Of a stretch of DNA of 64,000 bases, positions 1 through 9,150 are shown one piece after another. Below the pieces are notes generated by a model. That model did not search any database. It was not told the origin of the DNA and saw only the letters and a list, made by a program, of their open reading frames with translations. The DNA lies in NCBI GenBank assembly GCA_965197475.1, contig CBDANF010000003.1:3200001-3264000 (forward strand), written 5' to 3'. The stretch comes from Candidatus Poribacteria bacterium. GTDB lineage: Bacteria; Poribacteria; WGA-4E; WGA-3G. The translations under genes were made by a program, and so were the position numbers. Within the stretch, counting starts at the first letter, position 1. Every line of letters starts with the position of its first letter.

Positions 1-2
1 AA

Positions 3-1223
3 GATAGAAACCTCTATGCGCTCACGCTTGAAGCCGATGACCAGTTAAAACCAAGTTTTCAGATGTCGCTTGACGATTTTTACGCTGAAGGTGTTCTCAA
101 ATCGTATACACAGGTTCGCAATCTATTCAGTGAGGATGAGCGAACAACATGGGCAGGGTACGTACTCGGTTGTTTTTACACACTGCTAAAAGAAGAAAAG
201 ATTGAAAATTTTCCACACGGTGCGGTAGTTGTTATCAAAAGCGATATTCCGATGGGTGCAGGCATCGCTTCATCTGCAGCGATTGAAGTGGCAACTTTGA
301 CGGCACTCAATCAACTCTACGATTTAAAATTAGAAGCGATGGAAATTGCACGGCTGGCACAAATTGTAGAAAATAGAATTGTTGGAGCACCTTGCGGTAT
401 TATGGACCAGGTAACTTCTGTCCTTGGGACGAGGAACAAGATTCTCTCTATTCTGTGCCAACCCGATAAAATCCTTGAATTCGTTGCTTGTCCACCCAAT
501 GTTAGTTTCATCGGTATCCACACCAAAGTCCCTCGAAGTACAAAAAGCACTGCCTATATTGACACGCGAACCGCAGCATTCATGGGGTTGACGATTTTGA
601 AAAAAGAACTTGGATGGGAAAAGTTGAAAGACAACTATCTGTGTAACCTGTCTGTCCAAGAATTTCAGGAACATTGTGAACCGCTTTTACCTGAACAGAT
701 GCAAGGTAGCGAATTTCTAAATAAATATGGTGACATCGTTGATACCGTCACAAAGGTAGAAGCTGAAAAAATTTATGCTGTCAGAGATCGGGTGACGCAT
801 CCGATTTATGAAAACGCACGGGTTAAGCAATTTATAGAGGCACTAAAAAATGTCAATCAATATCCAGATCGCGCACATATCTATCTCAAAGAGGCAGGTA
901 ACCTCATGTATGAATCGAATGCAAGTTATCGGGATTTGGCGGGACTCGGCTCTCCCGAAATAGATGGACTTGTCAATATCGCACAAAAAATTGGCGAACA
1001 AGGCGGCATCTACGGTGCTAAAATCACGGGCGGTGGCGGTGGCGGTACGGTCGCTATGCTCTGCTATGGGGATGTCTCCACTTCTTTGACACAAATTCTC
1101 TCTGCCTATAAATTGGCGTGGGGGATTGCAACGACAACCTTTAGTGGTTCAACACCCGGTGCTTGCGAATTCGGTCATTGCGAATGGGAATTGAAAGAGA
1201 ACGAACCGCTGACCCATTTTTAA
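3..1223 (+). CDS. GHMP-family sugar kinase (galactokinase / L-arabinokinase C-terminal domain-like), 5' end outside window
   Basis: Frame is open from position 3. Motifs PMGAGIASSAA, GAPCGIMDQ, HPIYENARV and YGAKITGGGGGG. Confidence 0.85.
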   Translation, partial: DRNLYALTLEADDQLKPSFQMSLDDFYAEGVLKSYTQVRNLFSEDERTTWAGYVLGCFYTLLKEEKIENFPHGAVVVIKSDIPMGAGIASSAAIEVATLTALNQLYDLKLEAMEIARLAQIVENRIVGAPCGIMDQVTSVLGTRNKILSILCQPDKILEFVACPPNVSFIGIHTKVPRSTKSTAYIDTRTAAFMGLTILKKELGWEKLKDNYLCNLSVQEFQEHCEPLLPEQMQGSEFLNKYGDIVDTVTKVEAEKIYAVRDRVTHPIYENARVKQFIEALKNVNQYPDRAHIYLKEAGNLMYESNASYRDLAGLGSPEIDGLVNIAQKIGEQGGIYGAKITGGGGGGTVAMLCYGDVSTSLTQILSAYKLAWGIATTTFSGSTPGACEFGHCEWELKENEPLTHF

Positions 1224-1322
1224 CTTCCGAAGAAAAATTGATTGTGACGCATCATAATTTGTACATCTTTTTATCGAGAGGAAAATTTCTTGTGGGACGG
1301 AAACTTTGAAAGCCCGATTTAT

Positions 1323-1415
1323 TATACTAAATTAACGGGATTTGTCCTATTTCCGGACGGTAGGTGCGGTTTCCTAACCGCACCGATAAATTGGAATCAA
1401 GTTAATTTGGTATTA
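1323..1415. mobile_element. ~93-bp MITE (family A) carrying a REP-like hairpin
   Basis: Terminal inverted repeat ATAC(T/C)AAATTAAC...GTTAATTTGGTAT with TA ends. Internal GTAG-GTGCGGTTtcctAACCGCAC hairpin. Related copies at 27336, 37414, 59672 and 62768. Confidence 0.75.
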
Positions 1416-1436
1416 TATGAATAATGGAAATCAACT

Positions 1437-3398
1437 GTGCAAAACCTGAGCGAACCAAACGAACGTCATGATTTCGGTGTTACTTGGCGTGCTATACTCA
1501 TTGCCATTTTCTTAATCCCACCCAACGTGTTTTGGATCGTTGAAGTTGAGTGCGTATGGCACTCCGGGCATCCAACCACTATCTCCTTGTTCTGGAATGT
1601 TGTTCTCAACATCTTTTTCCTAATCCTGATAAATCTCTGCCTAAAACGAGTAGCACCAGGATATGCATTGAAACAGGGTGAGATGATAACCATATATGCG
1701 ATGCTTTCGATCGCCTCTGGTTTGGCAGGACACGATATGTTGGCTTTAACTATACCCGCACTTCCGCACGCGTTTTGGTTTGCTACTATAGAGAACGATT
1801 GGGCTGGCACATTCCACAGTTATATCCCACAACACCTCGTTGTATCCGACAAAGAAATACTGCGCGGATTTTATGAAGGAGATACGCCGTTTTATAACGC
1901 ACAGATTGGCGGTGCGTGGATAATCCCAACCTTGTGGTGGACATCATTTATACTTGCTCTTGGTGCCATCATGATTTGTCTAAATGTCCTCATTCGTAAA
2001 CAGTGGACTGAAAACGAAAAACTGGCATATCCCATAATCCAACTCCCGATGGCGATTACTGAAGGTGGCGGCAGAGCGCAGCTCTTCCGAAACAGGCTCC
2101 TATGGTATGGATTTATCATCGCTGCGGTACTGAACGTTTGGCACGGGTTAGCGCACTTTTTCCCAATTTTACCCGATTTCAGCGTTCGACATAATGCCCG
2201 GAATTGGGGGACGTTTTTCACCGAAAAACCTTGGAACGCAGTGGGCAATATTCCTGTTCCACTCTACCCCTTTGTAATCGGGTTAGGTTTTCTTTTACCA
2301 CTTGATCTATCTTTCTCGTTATGGTTCTTCTATCTGTTCGAAAAGATTCAACGCGTTTTCGGCAGTGCGGTCGGGTTCCCTGCCCCCTTCCCATATAGCA
2401 GTGAACAGTCCATAGGGGGTTGGATGGCGATTTTTGTCATCGCGCTATTGGTAACGCGCAGACATATTGTCCGAGTCGTCCGAACTATAATGGGGATGAA
2501 GGGAGGTATTGACGATTCAGAGGAACCGATCCGATATCGCACGGCATTCCTATTGATTATCATAGCAAGTCTGTATATTATCTGGTTCTGTATGAAAGCA
2601 GGCATGACGTTACCAATTATCCTTCCCTTCTTCGGATTTTTCTATGCTATCTCAATCGCTATTACACGAGTGCGCGCTGAACTTGGTCCCCCGGCACATG
2701 AGATGGCGGGGATGTGTAATGCACAACAATTCTTAGTTAATATCCTTGGAACACGCCGCATTGGTCCGAACAATCTAACAGTTTTTCCATACTTTTGGTT
2801 TTTCAGTGGACGCGGGTATCGTGAACATATCATGCCGCATCAACTTGAAGCCTTCAAGATGGCAGAACGGGCAAATATGAACACGAAACGTTTAGTATTG
2901 GCAATGTTAATTGCTGTTGTGCTGGGTTCAATCTCAGCATTTTGGGCAACGCTTAGTGAACTTTACCGCCTTGGCGGAGCAATCACTGGGGCAGGGGGTG
3001 GAATAGGTCCATCAGTTGGTCATATCGGTCAATTCGGATGGTTATCCGGTCTTTTCGCTTTTCCGCGCGATCCGAACGTCCCAGCTATGAGTTTCATGGC
3101 AAGCGGTATGGGATTTACCTTTTTACTCATGTTTATGCGGATGCGTTTTATTTGGTGGCCCCTACATCCTGCAGGCTATCCTATTTCCATGACGTACGGG
3201 GTTGGCTATTTTTGGAGTTGTCTCGTAATCAGTACATTCCTTAAGTGGATGGCACTCCGATTTGGCGGACCCAGCACATATCGAAAAATGATTTTCTTCT
3301 TCTTTGGAGTTATTCTCGGTGAATACTGCGTAGGTGCGTTCTGGAGTGTCTTAAGTGTCATTATCCGTGAACCTATCTATGACTTTGCACCGGGCTAA
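1437..3398 (+). CDS. Polytopic membrane protein, DUF6785/DUF6784-like (OPT-like putative transporter)
   Basis: 653 aa with many TM helices. Motifs RKQWTENEKLAYPI, RVRAELG and WWPLHPAGY. Confidence 0.7.
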   Translation: MQNLSEPNERHDFGVTWRAILIAIFLIPPNVFWIVEVECVWHSGHPTTISLFWNVVLNIFFLILINLCLKRVAPGYALKQGEMITIYAMLSIASGLAGHDMLALTIPALPHAFWFATIENDWAGTFHSYIPQHLVVSDKEILRGFYEGDTPFYNAQIGGAWIIPTLWWTSFILALGAIMICLNVLIRKQWTENEKLAYPIIQLPMAITEGGGRAQLFRNRLLWYGFIIAAVLNVWHGLAHFFPILPDFSVRHNARNWGTFFTEKPWNAVGNIPVPLYPFVIGLGFLLPLDLSFSLWFFYLFEKIQRVFGSAVGFPAPFPYSSEQSIGGWMAIFVIALLVTRRHIVRVVRTIMGMKGGIDDSEEPIRYRTAFLLIIIASLYIIWFCMKAGMTLPIILPFFGFFYAISIAITRVRAELGPPAHEMAGMCNAQQFLVNILGTRRIGPNNLTVFPYFWFFSGRGYREHIMPHQLEAFKMAERANMNTKRLVLAMLIAVVLGSISAFWATLSELYRLGGAITGAGGGIGPSVGHIGQFGWLSGLFAFPRDPNVPAMSFMASGMGFTFLLMFMRMRFIWWPLHPAGYPISMTYGVGYFWSCLVISTFLKWMALRFGGPSTYRKMIFFFFGVILGEYCVGAFWSVLSVIIREPIYDFAPG

Positions 3399-3400
3399 AA

Positions 3401-4468
3401 ATGATTATGAAAATATCAAAAATCTCTTTCTCTTTACTCATACTATGTCTAATTATCTTACCCTTAATCGCTTTCGCCGCTGATGAAGGGTCGCACGCAG
3501 CTGATTTTCTCAGCCATGGCGTGGGTGCGCGTGCGCTCGGAATGGGAAGCGCATTTGTTGCAATCGCTGACGATGCGACTGCTACCTATTGGAATCCGGC
3601 AGGATTGACGAAAGTCAAAAGACATAGTTTTTCTGCTATGTATTCCGATACCTTTAGTACTGGTGATGGCGGTTTTCTTAGCAAAGGCTTAGTTAACTAC
3701 AATTTCGTTAACTATGTCCATCAGATTGAGGATATCGGTAGCCTCGGTCTGAGCTGGATTCGACTTGGGGTTGACGATATACCGCGCACAACCTTTATTG
3801 ATGTTGATAATAACGGCTTTCTCGGCGATTATCAGGACATAAACGGCAACGGCACTAAAGATGAAGGTGAACCTTACATTGACAGACCCACAGTTGCGGA
3901 GTATTTCAGTAATACAGACAACGCGCTGCTTATCTCCTATGCCCGTCAAATACACTCGATTGCTGCTGTCGGTGGCAACCTTAAACTTCTTAACCAATCT
4001 ATTTTTGAGTACAGTGGAAACGGTTTTGGCATTGACATCGGTTTTATTCTGACACCGTATAAAGGTTTGCGGTTCGGTGCAATGTTGCTTGATGCCACTG
4101 GCACACAAATTCGGTGGGATACAGCAGATAAACCAACATTCACTCGCGGACGAAGACTACGATTTGGCGGAGCATACCAATTTACCTTTCCAAGTTTCGG
4201 CAAAGGCAGCATCGGCGCAGACTTTGAAACTGACCAAGGTGATTTGGAAGAAGGAACTGATACAGAGGGAGGAGTTGTCTTTCGCACTGGGGCAGAATAT
4301 TGGCTCTTCAACACACTTGCTTTGCGCTGCGGTTGGAATGGGCATGGATTTTCTGCTGGAACTGGACTCCAATTGCGTGTTAGCACTATGACGTTTTTTG
4401 TTGATTACGCTTTCAACACGCACACCCTCGGCGGTTCGCAACGTATCTCTGTCTCTGGGCAATTTTAG
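3401..4468 (+). CDS. PorV/PorQ (UPF0164)-like outer-membrane beta-barrel protein
   Basis: Signal peptide, GARALGMGSAFVAIADDATATYWNPAGL motif, C-terminal Phe. Confidence 0.8.
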   Translation: MIMKISKISFSLLILCLIILPLIAFAADEGSHAADFLSHGVGARALGMGSAFVAIADDATATYWNPAGLTKVKRHSFSAMYSDTFSTGDGGFLSKGLVNYNFVNYVHQIEDIGSLGLSWIRLGVDDIPRTTFIDVDNNGFLGDYQDINGNGTKDEGEPYIDRPTVAEYFSNTDNALLISYARQIHSIAAVGGNLKLLNQSIFEYSGNGFGIDIGFILTPYKGLRFGAMLLDATGTQIRWDTADKPTFTRGRRLRFGGAYQFTFPSFGKGSIGADFETDQGDLEEGTDTEGGVVFRTGAEYWLFNTLALRCGWNGHGFSAGTGLQLRVSTMTFFVDYAFNTHTLGGSQRISVSGQF

Positions 4469-4483
4469 CCGAATTATAGTGTA

Positions 4484-4500
4484 TAATACCATTTCTGAAT
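4484..4500. repeat. Solo IS630-type terminal sequence
   Basis: TAATACCATTTCTGAAT is the exact reverse complement of the IS630 right end at 60915-60931. Confidence 0.6.
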
Positions 4501-4661
4501 GATGGCATCACATTAACAAAAAACCCGTTTGTAGTCGCGCAATTCATTGCGCCTCTTATATTAGTTGGCAGACGCGCTATCTAAGCGCGCTGATCAAAAT
4601 GTATCGTTAATTGTAAAATCTACTATAATATTTCCTCAATCAGGAAAAGGAGAATTTTATT

Positions 4662-7241
4662 GTGAAAAAAAGTTTGTTTTTTATATTTTTGACACTACTT
4701 TGTGTTTCAACGTTCTATCAACCCAACGTTTTCGCTCAAGATTCGCCGCAATGGCATCTGCCTGAAGGTGCTACAGCGCGTCTCGGCAAAGGCTGGCTAT
4801 ATGAAATTCAGTATTCGCCGGATGGCACACGACTTGCAGCTGCAGGCTGCCTCGGTATTTGGATTTATGACACCGCAACCGATGAAGAAATTACACTATT
4901 GACTGGATATGGATATGCCATTTCTGCACTTTCATATTCCCCTGATGGGAGCATTCTTGCAGGGGGCAGTGCGGATGGGGTCATCCGTTTATGGGATCCT
5001 GTAACAGGTGAAATCCTACAGACACTCGATCGACATTGGGCAAGTATCCGTAGCCTCGTTTTCAGTCCTGATGGGAAAACGCTCGCCAGTGGTAGTAGAG
5101 ACAGAACTATTCGACTGTGGAATCTTGAAACAGGCGAACTGCTACACACCCTAAGAGGACATACAGATGGTATCAACAGTGTTGCTTTCAGTGCTGACGG
5201 AAGCACGATTATCAGTGGTAGTCGAGATGATACGATCAGAATATGGGATGTTGCCACAGGAGAAGAGCTGCAAACACTTAAAGAACATCGAGATAATGTT
5301 GACAGTGTTGTGGTCAGTCCCGATGGTAAAACGCTCGCAAGCGGAGATTTGAACGCGCTTATTCATCTATGGGATACGACAACATGGACGATCAAGGACA
5401 CCCTTATCGGACATACCTCACATATCTATGACATGAAATTTAGTCCCGATGGCAGTATTCTGGCGAGTGCGGGTGAAGATGACACCGTCCGATTGTGGGA
5501 TGCAGCCACAGGCAATCACTTAAACACACTTACCGATCATACCGCTGATGTCTACGGACTTGCTTTCACGCCGGATGGCACCGTGCTCACAAGTGGTGCA
5601 TGGGATGCGTCAATACGTTCATGGGACCCTGTTACAGGTGAACATCTGGAGACTATCACTGGACATACTGATGCTGTTGTGAGCGTCACCTTCAGTGCTG
5701 ATGGTACCATCCTTGCGACTCGGAGTTGGGACAAAACTATCCGCCTCTGGGATGCGGATACGGGTCAACTTCGGCATACCCTCATCGGTCACCAAGATGA
5801 TGTTGACATTGTTGTGTTCAGTCCTGATGGCAGAACACTCGCAAGTGGTAGCCAAGACAACACCGTCCGATTGTGGGACGCACTTACAGGCGAACACATA
5901 AAGACACTCAGAGGACATTATTCTTATCTGATTAGTCTTGCGTTCAGTCCGGATGGTAGCATCTTGGCGAGTGGTAGTGAGGACGACAGCATCCGTTTGT
6001 GGAATGTTGCCACAGGTCGTTACATGGGCGGGTTGTGGGAGCATGAAGCAGGTGTTGAGACACTTGCGTTCAGTCCGGATGGCACTATGCTTGCCAGTGG
6101 TAGTCGTGACGATAAGATTATCTTATGGGACATGGAAACACGCGATGTTATACACACTATCAGCGAACATGAGGATGATGTTTGGGCAGTTGCATTCAGT
6201 CCGGATGGCACCATGCTTGCCAGTGGTGGTGGTGACAAGGTCTCCTTATGGGATGTTCAAACAGCGGATCTTCTTCAGACATTCCGCAGACCGATTGATC
6301 GCGAAATTCCAGTAGGCGCGCCGGAAGAATTGACTGGAGATGTACCCACAGATCTTCCTGCGAATGCTACAAGTATTGTTTTTAGTCCAGATGGTAAAGT
6401 ACTCGTTAGTGGCAGTTACGACGCAACTATCCGCTTGTGGGACATTGCAACTGGAGAGCAGCTTCATACACTTGAAGGTCACACATATTCTATCACTAGT
6501 GTGGCAGTAAGTCCGAATGGAAGCATAATTGCAAGCGGCAGTTTCGATGGAACAGTCCTTTTGTGGGCATTCCCACTCCCGATGAGTTTAAAGCAAGTTC
6601 TCACGGTATTCGCAGATGTGAACAACGACGGTGTACTGAATATATTGGATGTAGTGCTGGTTGCGTCAAGTTTCGGAGAAACTGGGGCCAGTCCCGCAGA
6701 CCTCAACGGTGATGGTATTGTCAATATTTCGGATCTCTATTTGCTTGTGAACGCATTGAGAAATATTGAATCTGCGCCTTCTGTGCAATCGCTTTCAAGA
6801 GAGCAACTTACTGCAGCGCAGGTGCAGGAGTGGTTAACGCTTGCTAAGCAAGTACCGTCACAAATCATCCATACCTCAGAGTCAAATCGACTTTCTTATG
6901 AACGAGGAATTCAGGTGTTGGAACAAATTTTGCAAACATTGGCTCCGCAAGAGACAGCACTGCTTGCTAACTATCCAAATCCGTTCAATCCTGAAACATG
7001 GATACCGTATCAGTTGGCAGCACCTGCCGATGTTAGCATCTCTATCTATGCTGCAGATGGTAGGTTAGTTCGGACGCTTGCATTAGGACATTTATCCGCT
7101 GGCACCTATCAAAGTCGCAGTCGTGCAGCGTATTGGGATGGCAAAAACGCTTTAGGTGAATCTGTTGTGAGTGGCGTGTATTTCTATACGCTTACCACAG
7201 GTGATTTCACTGCAACACGAAAGATGTTGATTCTGAAATAG
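4662..7241 (+). CDS. Secreted WD40-repeat protein with dockerin-like domain and C-terminal FlgD-Ig/T9SS-type sorting domain
   Basis: Signal peptide; about 14 GH..FSPDG..LASGS.D.T.RLWD repeats; DVNNDGVLNILD/DLNGDGIVNISD; NYPNPFNPETWIPY...YFYTLTTGDFTATRKMLILK. Confidence 0.9.
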   Translation: MKKSLFFIFLTLLCVSTFYQPNVFAQDSPQWHLPEGATARLGKGWLYEIQYSPDGTRLAAAGCLGIWIYDTATDEEITLLTGYGYAISALSYSPDGSILAGGSADGVIRLWDPVTGEILQTLDRHWASIRSLVFSPDGKTLASGSRDRTIRLWNLETGELLHTLRGHTDGINSVAFSADGSTIISGSRDDTIRIWDVATGEELQTLKEHRDNVDSVVVSPDGKTLASGDLNALIHLWDTTTWTIKDTLIGHTSHIYDMKFSPDGSILASAGEDDTVRLWDAATGNHLNTLTDHTADVYGLAFTPDGTVLTSGAWDASIRSWDPVTGEHLETITGHTDAVVSVTFSADGTILATRSWDKTIRLWDADTGQLRHTLIGHQDDVDIVVFSPDGRTLASGSQDNTVRLWDALTGEHIKTLRGHYSYLISLAFSPDGSILASGSEDDSIRLWNVATGRYMGGLWEHEAGVETLAFSPDGTMLASGSRDDKIILWDMETRDVIHTISEHEDDVWAVAFSPDGTMLASGGGDKVSLWDVQTADLLQTFRRPIDREIPVGAPEELTGDVPTDLPANATSIVFSPDGKVLVSGSYDATIRLWDIATGEQLHTLEGHTYSITSVAVSPNGSIIASGSFDGTVLLWAFPLPMSLKQVLTVFADVNNDGVLNILDVVLVASSFGETGASPADLNGDGIVNISDLYLLVNALRNIESAPSVQSLSREQLTAAQVQEWLTLAKQVPSQIIHTSESNRLSYERGIQVLEQILQTLAPQETALLANYPNPFNPETWIPYQLAAPADVSISIYAADGRLVRTLALGHLSAGTYQSRSRAAYWDGKNALGESVVSGVYFYTLTTGDFTATRKMLILK

Positions 7242-7253
7242 TATCAAATGACC

Positions 7254-7366
7254 ATAGGATAGCTGGAAGGCTGATGTTTATTGGCTTCCCAGCGATCGTT
7301 GATGAGTGGGTTGCGTTGGGATCGCGAGCATCCTCTTTGAGAAATGATGCGTTTAGCGATAAACGT
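7254..7366 (-). ncRNA. Putative structured non-coding RNA (or structured DNA end) of the DUF1670 element
   Basis: Lies directly downstream of the promoter. Four abutting stems at 7350-7365, 7328-7350, 7292-7325 and 7262-7293. Strand is uncertain. Confidence 0.35.
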
Positions 7367-7372
7367 GTCTAA

Positions 7373-7401
7373 AGTATAGCAAAACCAGTAGCGGTTGTCA
7401 A
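7373..7401 (-). promoter_or_regulatory. Near-consensus sigma70 promoter pointing out of the DUF1670 element
   Basis: Minus strand reads TTGACA (7401-7396), 17 nt, then TATACT (7378-7373), with an extended -10 TG. Confidence 0.7.
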
Positions 7402-7468
7402 CCATATTTTCAAGGCACCTGCCCCGGTTTTGCGAAGTAAAGTTCGTCGGGAACATAGGATTAGGGTC

Positions 7469-8353
7469 TCATTGGGCTTCTCCTTGGTGAGTGGCTTCAT
7501 CGTTTGAGTCTGAATTGGCAAGGTCTGCATCTATGGCTTGGAGTTGGTGCTGCGGTATGAGGTCGAGATATTGAGAGATGACGCGTTTAGAAAGTCGTGT
7601 AATCTGTGAGATTTTATCAATATCTGCGGTTGCTTTCCGAACGACTTTGACGCTCTCATAATCGCGAATGTATCGGTCAACTGCCTCCTTAGAGTGTTTG
7701 GTCTTTGCGGCAATCCTGGGGGTGAGATGTCCTTGAAGATAGAGGGTTATGATCTCTTTCTTATGGGTAATAGCCCCCGATAAGTCATGGATATTGCCAC
7801 GGGTGGGCAAGAGTTCTCCAGTGGTTTTTTGCCATTCATTAACATAATCACAGACAACGGCATCGCAGACATTGAGCAAAACTGCCAAGTCGAGTTGTGT
7901 CAATAATGCCCCTTGGTCATAAGCTTGATGACACCAGCGGACCAAGCGATTGATCCGCAATTGCCGGGAGGTGAAACCGTTGCGAAAGGATTCAATATCC
8001 TCTGCGGCGAGGTAAGTCAGGATGACGGGTTTCATGCGGGTTTTGACGATGGACTTTCCTCTTTCTGGATGCTCTTCAATAGGGACGGCCATCCAAACGA
8101 GTTGTCCATAACTCAAGAAACGCTCATCCGGGAGTTGATCGCCGGTGGCGAGTTTCTCCAAAGGAAGGGTAATCACGAAATAGTCTTCAACGGTCTTAAG
8201 AATATCATCAACAATGGCGGTGGCAGTGACTTCGCCTTTGTCATAACCATAGTCATTGAGAAAGCGGTGAATGAGCAACTGTCGTAGGGACTTATCGTTG
8301 ATGCGTCTGAATTTCTTCTCGTTGATTTGCGTGCGGGTTAGAGGTTTGCTCAT
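7469..8353 (-). CDS. DUF1670-like protein (HTH-containing), paralogue 2
   Basis: Motifs QAYDQGALLTQLDLAVLL, PTRGNIHDL, THKKEII and KHSKEAVDRYIRD. ATGA overlap with the upstream paralogue. Confidence 0.8.
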   Translation of the reverse strand: MSKPLTRTQINEKKFRRINDKSLRQLLIHRFLNDYGYDKGEVTATAIVDDILKTVEDYFVITLPLEKLATGDQLPDERFLSYGQLVWMAVPIEEHPERGKSIVKTRMKPVILTYLAAEDIESFRNGFTSRQLRINRLVRWCHQAYDQGALLTQLDLAVLLNVCDAVVCDYVNEWQKTTGELLPTRGNIHDLSGAITHKKEIITLYLQGHLTPRIAAKTKHSKEAVDRYIRDYESVKVVRKATADIDKISQITRLSKRVISQYLDLIPQHQLQAIDADLANSDSNDEATHQGEAQ

Positions 8354-9150
8354 GAGAGGTCCCCCTTTTTTGTGTCCTCAGGTTCTGGGTGAAGGAGTTG
8401 GGTCATGCGATCTGTGTGTTGGTATTCCTCATAGAGTGAGAGATACTCGCGGATCAACCGGTCAGATAGATGGGTGATCAGGCGTATCTGTGCGTTAGGA
8501 AAGCCTTGATGATGGAGCGTAGCGACTTGTGTAAAGTCTTTCAAGTAGCGGTAGACAGCTCGTTCGCTGTGGTTCGTCTTTTTCTCGATTTCGGTGAAGG
8601 TATAGGCTTTGAAATATAACTCCAGGACCTGGGTTTTATGAGAAGTGCCGGGGCCCATGTCGTGTTTCGTCCCGCGCGTCATAACGAAATACCCATCCTG
8701 CTTCAAGTGTCGAATGTCGCGTTTGACTGTAGCAGGACTGGTGGTTAATAATACAGCTAAATCCTCGTAGCTCAGTAAGGCATCTTGGTCATAAGCTTCT
8801 TGGGTCAATCGGAGGATCCGATGCCGTCTGAGTCCTGCGAGACCATAATTCGCTAAGACTTCAAGATCGGCGTTTGTGTCATTGAGAGTTAGCCGACAGG
8901 AAACTTTTTTCGCTAAAGCGATATGTTTACCTGCGGGTTCCTCTGCGGCGACTGCCTCGTAGCAGATTTGCCCTGATGTCAGGTGCACATCGGCGTGTTG
9001 TTCAAAGTAGGTGGAAATCTGTTTATAGTAGGCTTCAGCAACGAGAGGCATTAGATTAAAGTCTGCTGAAATCTTCTGAATAATCGCGGCTCTGGCATTC
9101 TTGGATTCGAGCCGAGTGATACCGTAAGCGGTATCCTTCTTGCGGTTCAT
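8350..9150 (-). CDS. DUF1670-like protein (HTH-containing), paralogue 1
   Basis: Motifs EAYDQDALLSYEDLAVLL, TRGTKHDMGPGTSHK and NHSERAVYRYLKDF. GGAGG RBS favours the ATG at 9150 over 9162. Confidence 0.8.
   Translation of the reverse strand: MNRKKDTAYGITRLESKNARAAIIQKISADFNLMPLVAEAYYKQISTYFEQHADVHLTSGQICYEAVAAEEPAGKHIALAKKVSCRLTLNDTNADLEVLANYGLAGLRRHRILRLTQEAYDQDALLSYEDLAVLLTTSPATVKRDIRHLKQDGYFVMTRGTKHDMGPGTSHKTQVLELYFKAYTFTEIEKKTNHSERAVYRYLKDFTQVATLHHQGFPNAQIRLITHLSDRLIREYLSLYEEYQHTDRMTQLLHPEPEDTKKGDLS

Noticed and set aside
7244-7456. 70-aa ORF at the end of the DUF1670 element
   Set aside because: No recognisable protein features, and it overlaps a near-consensus promoter and hairpins. 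More likely non-coding, though not excluded.
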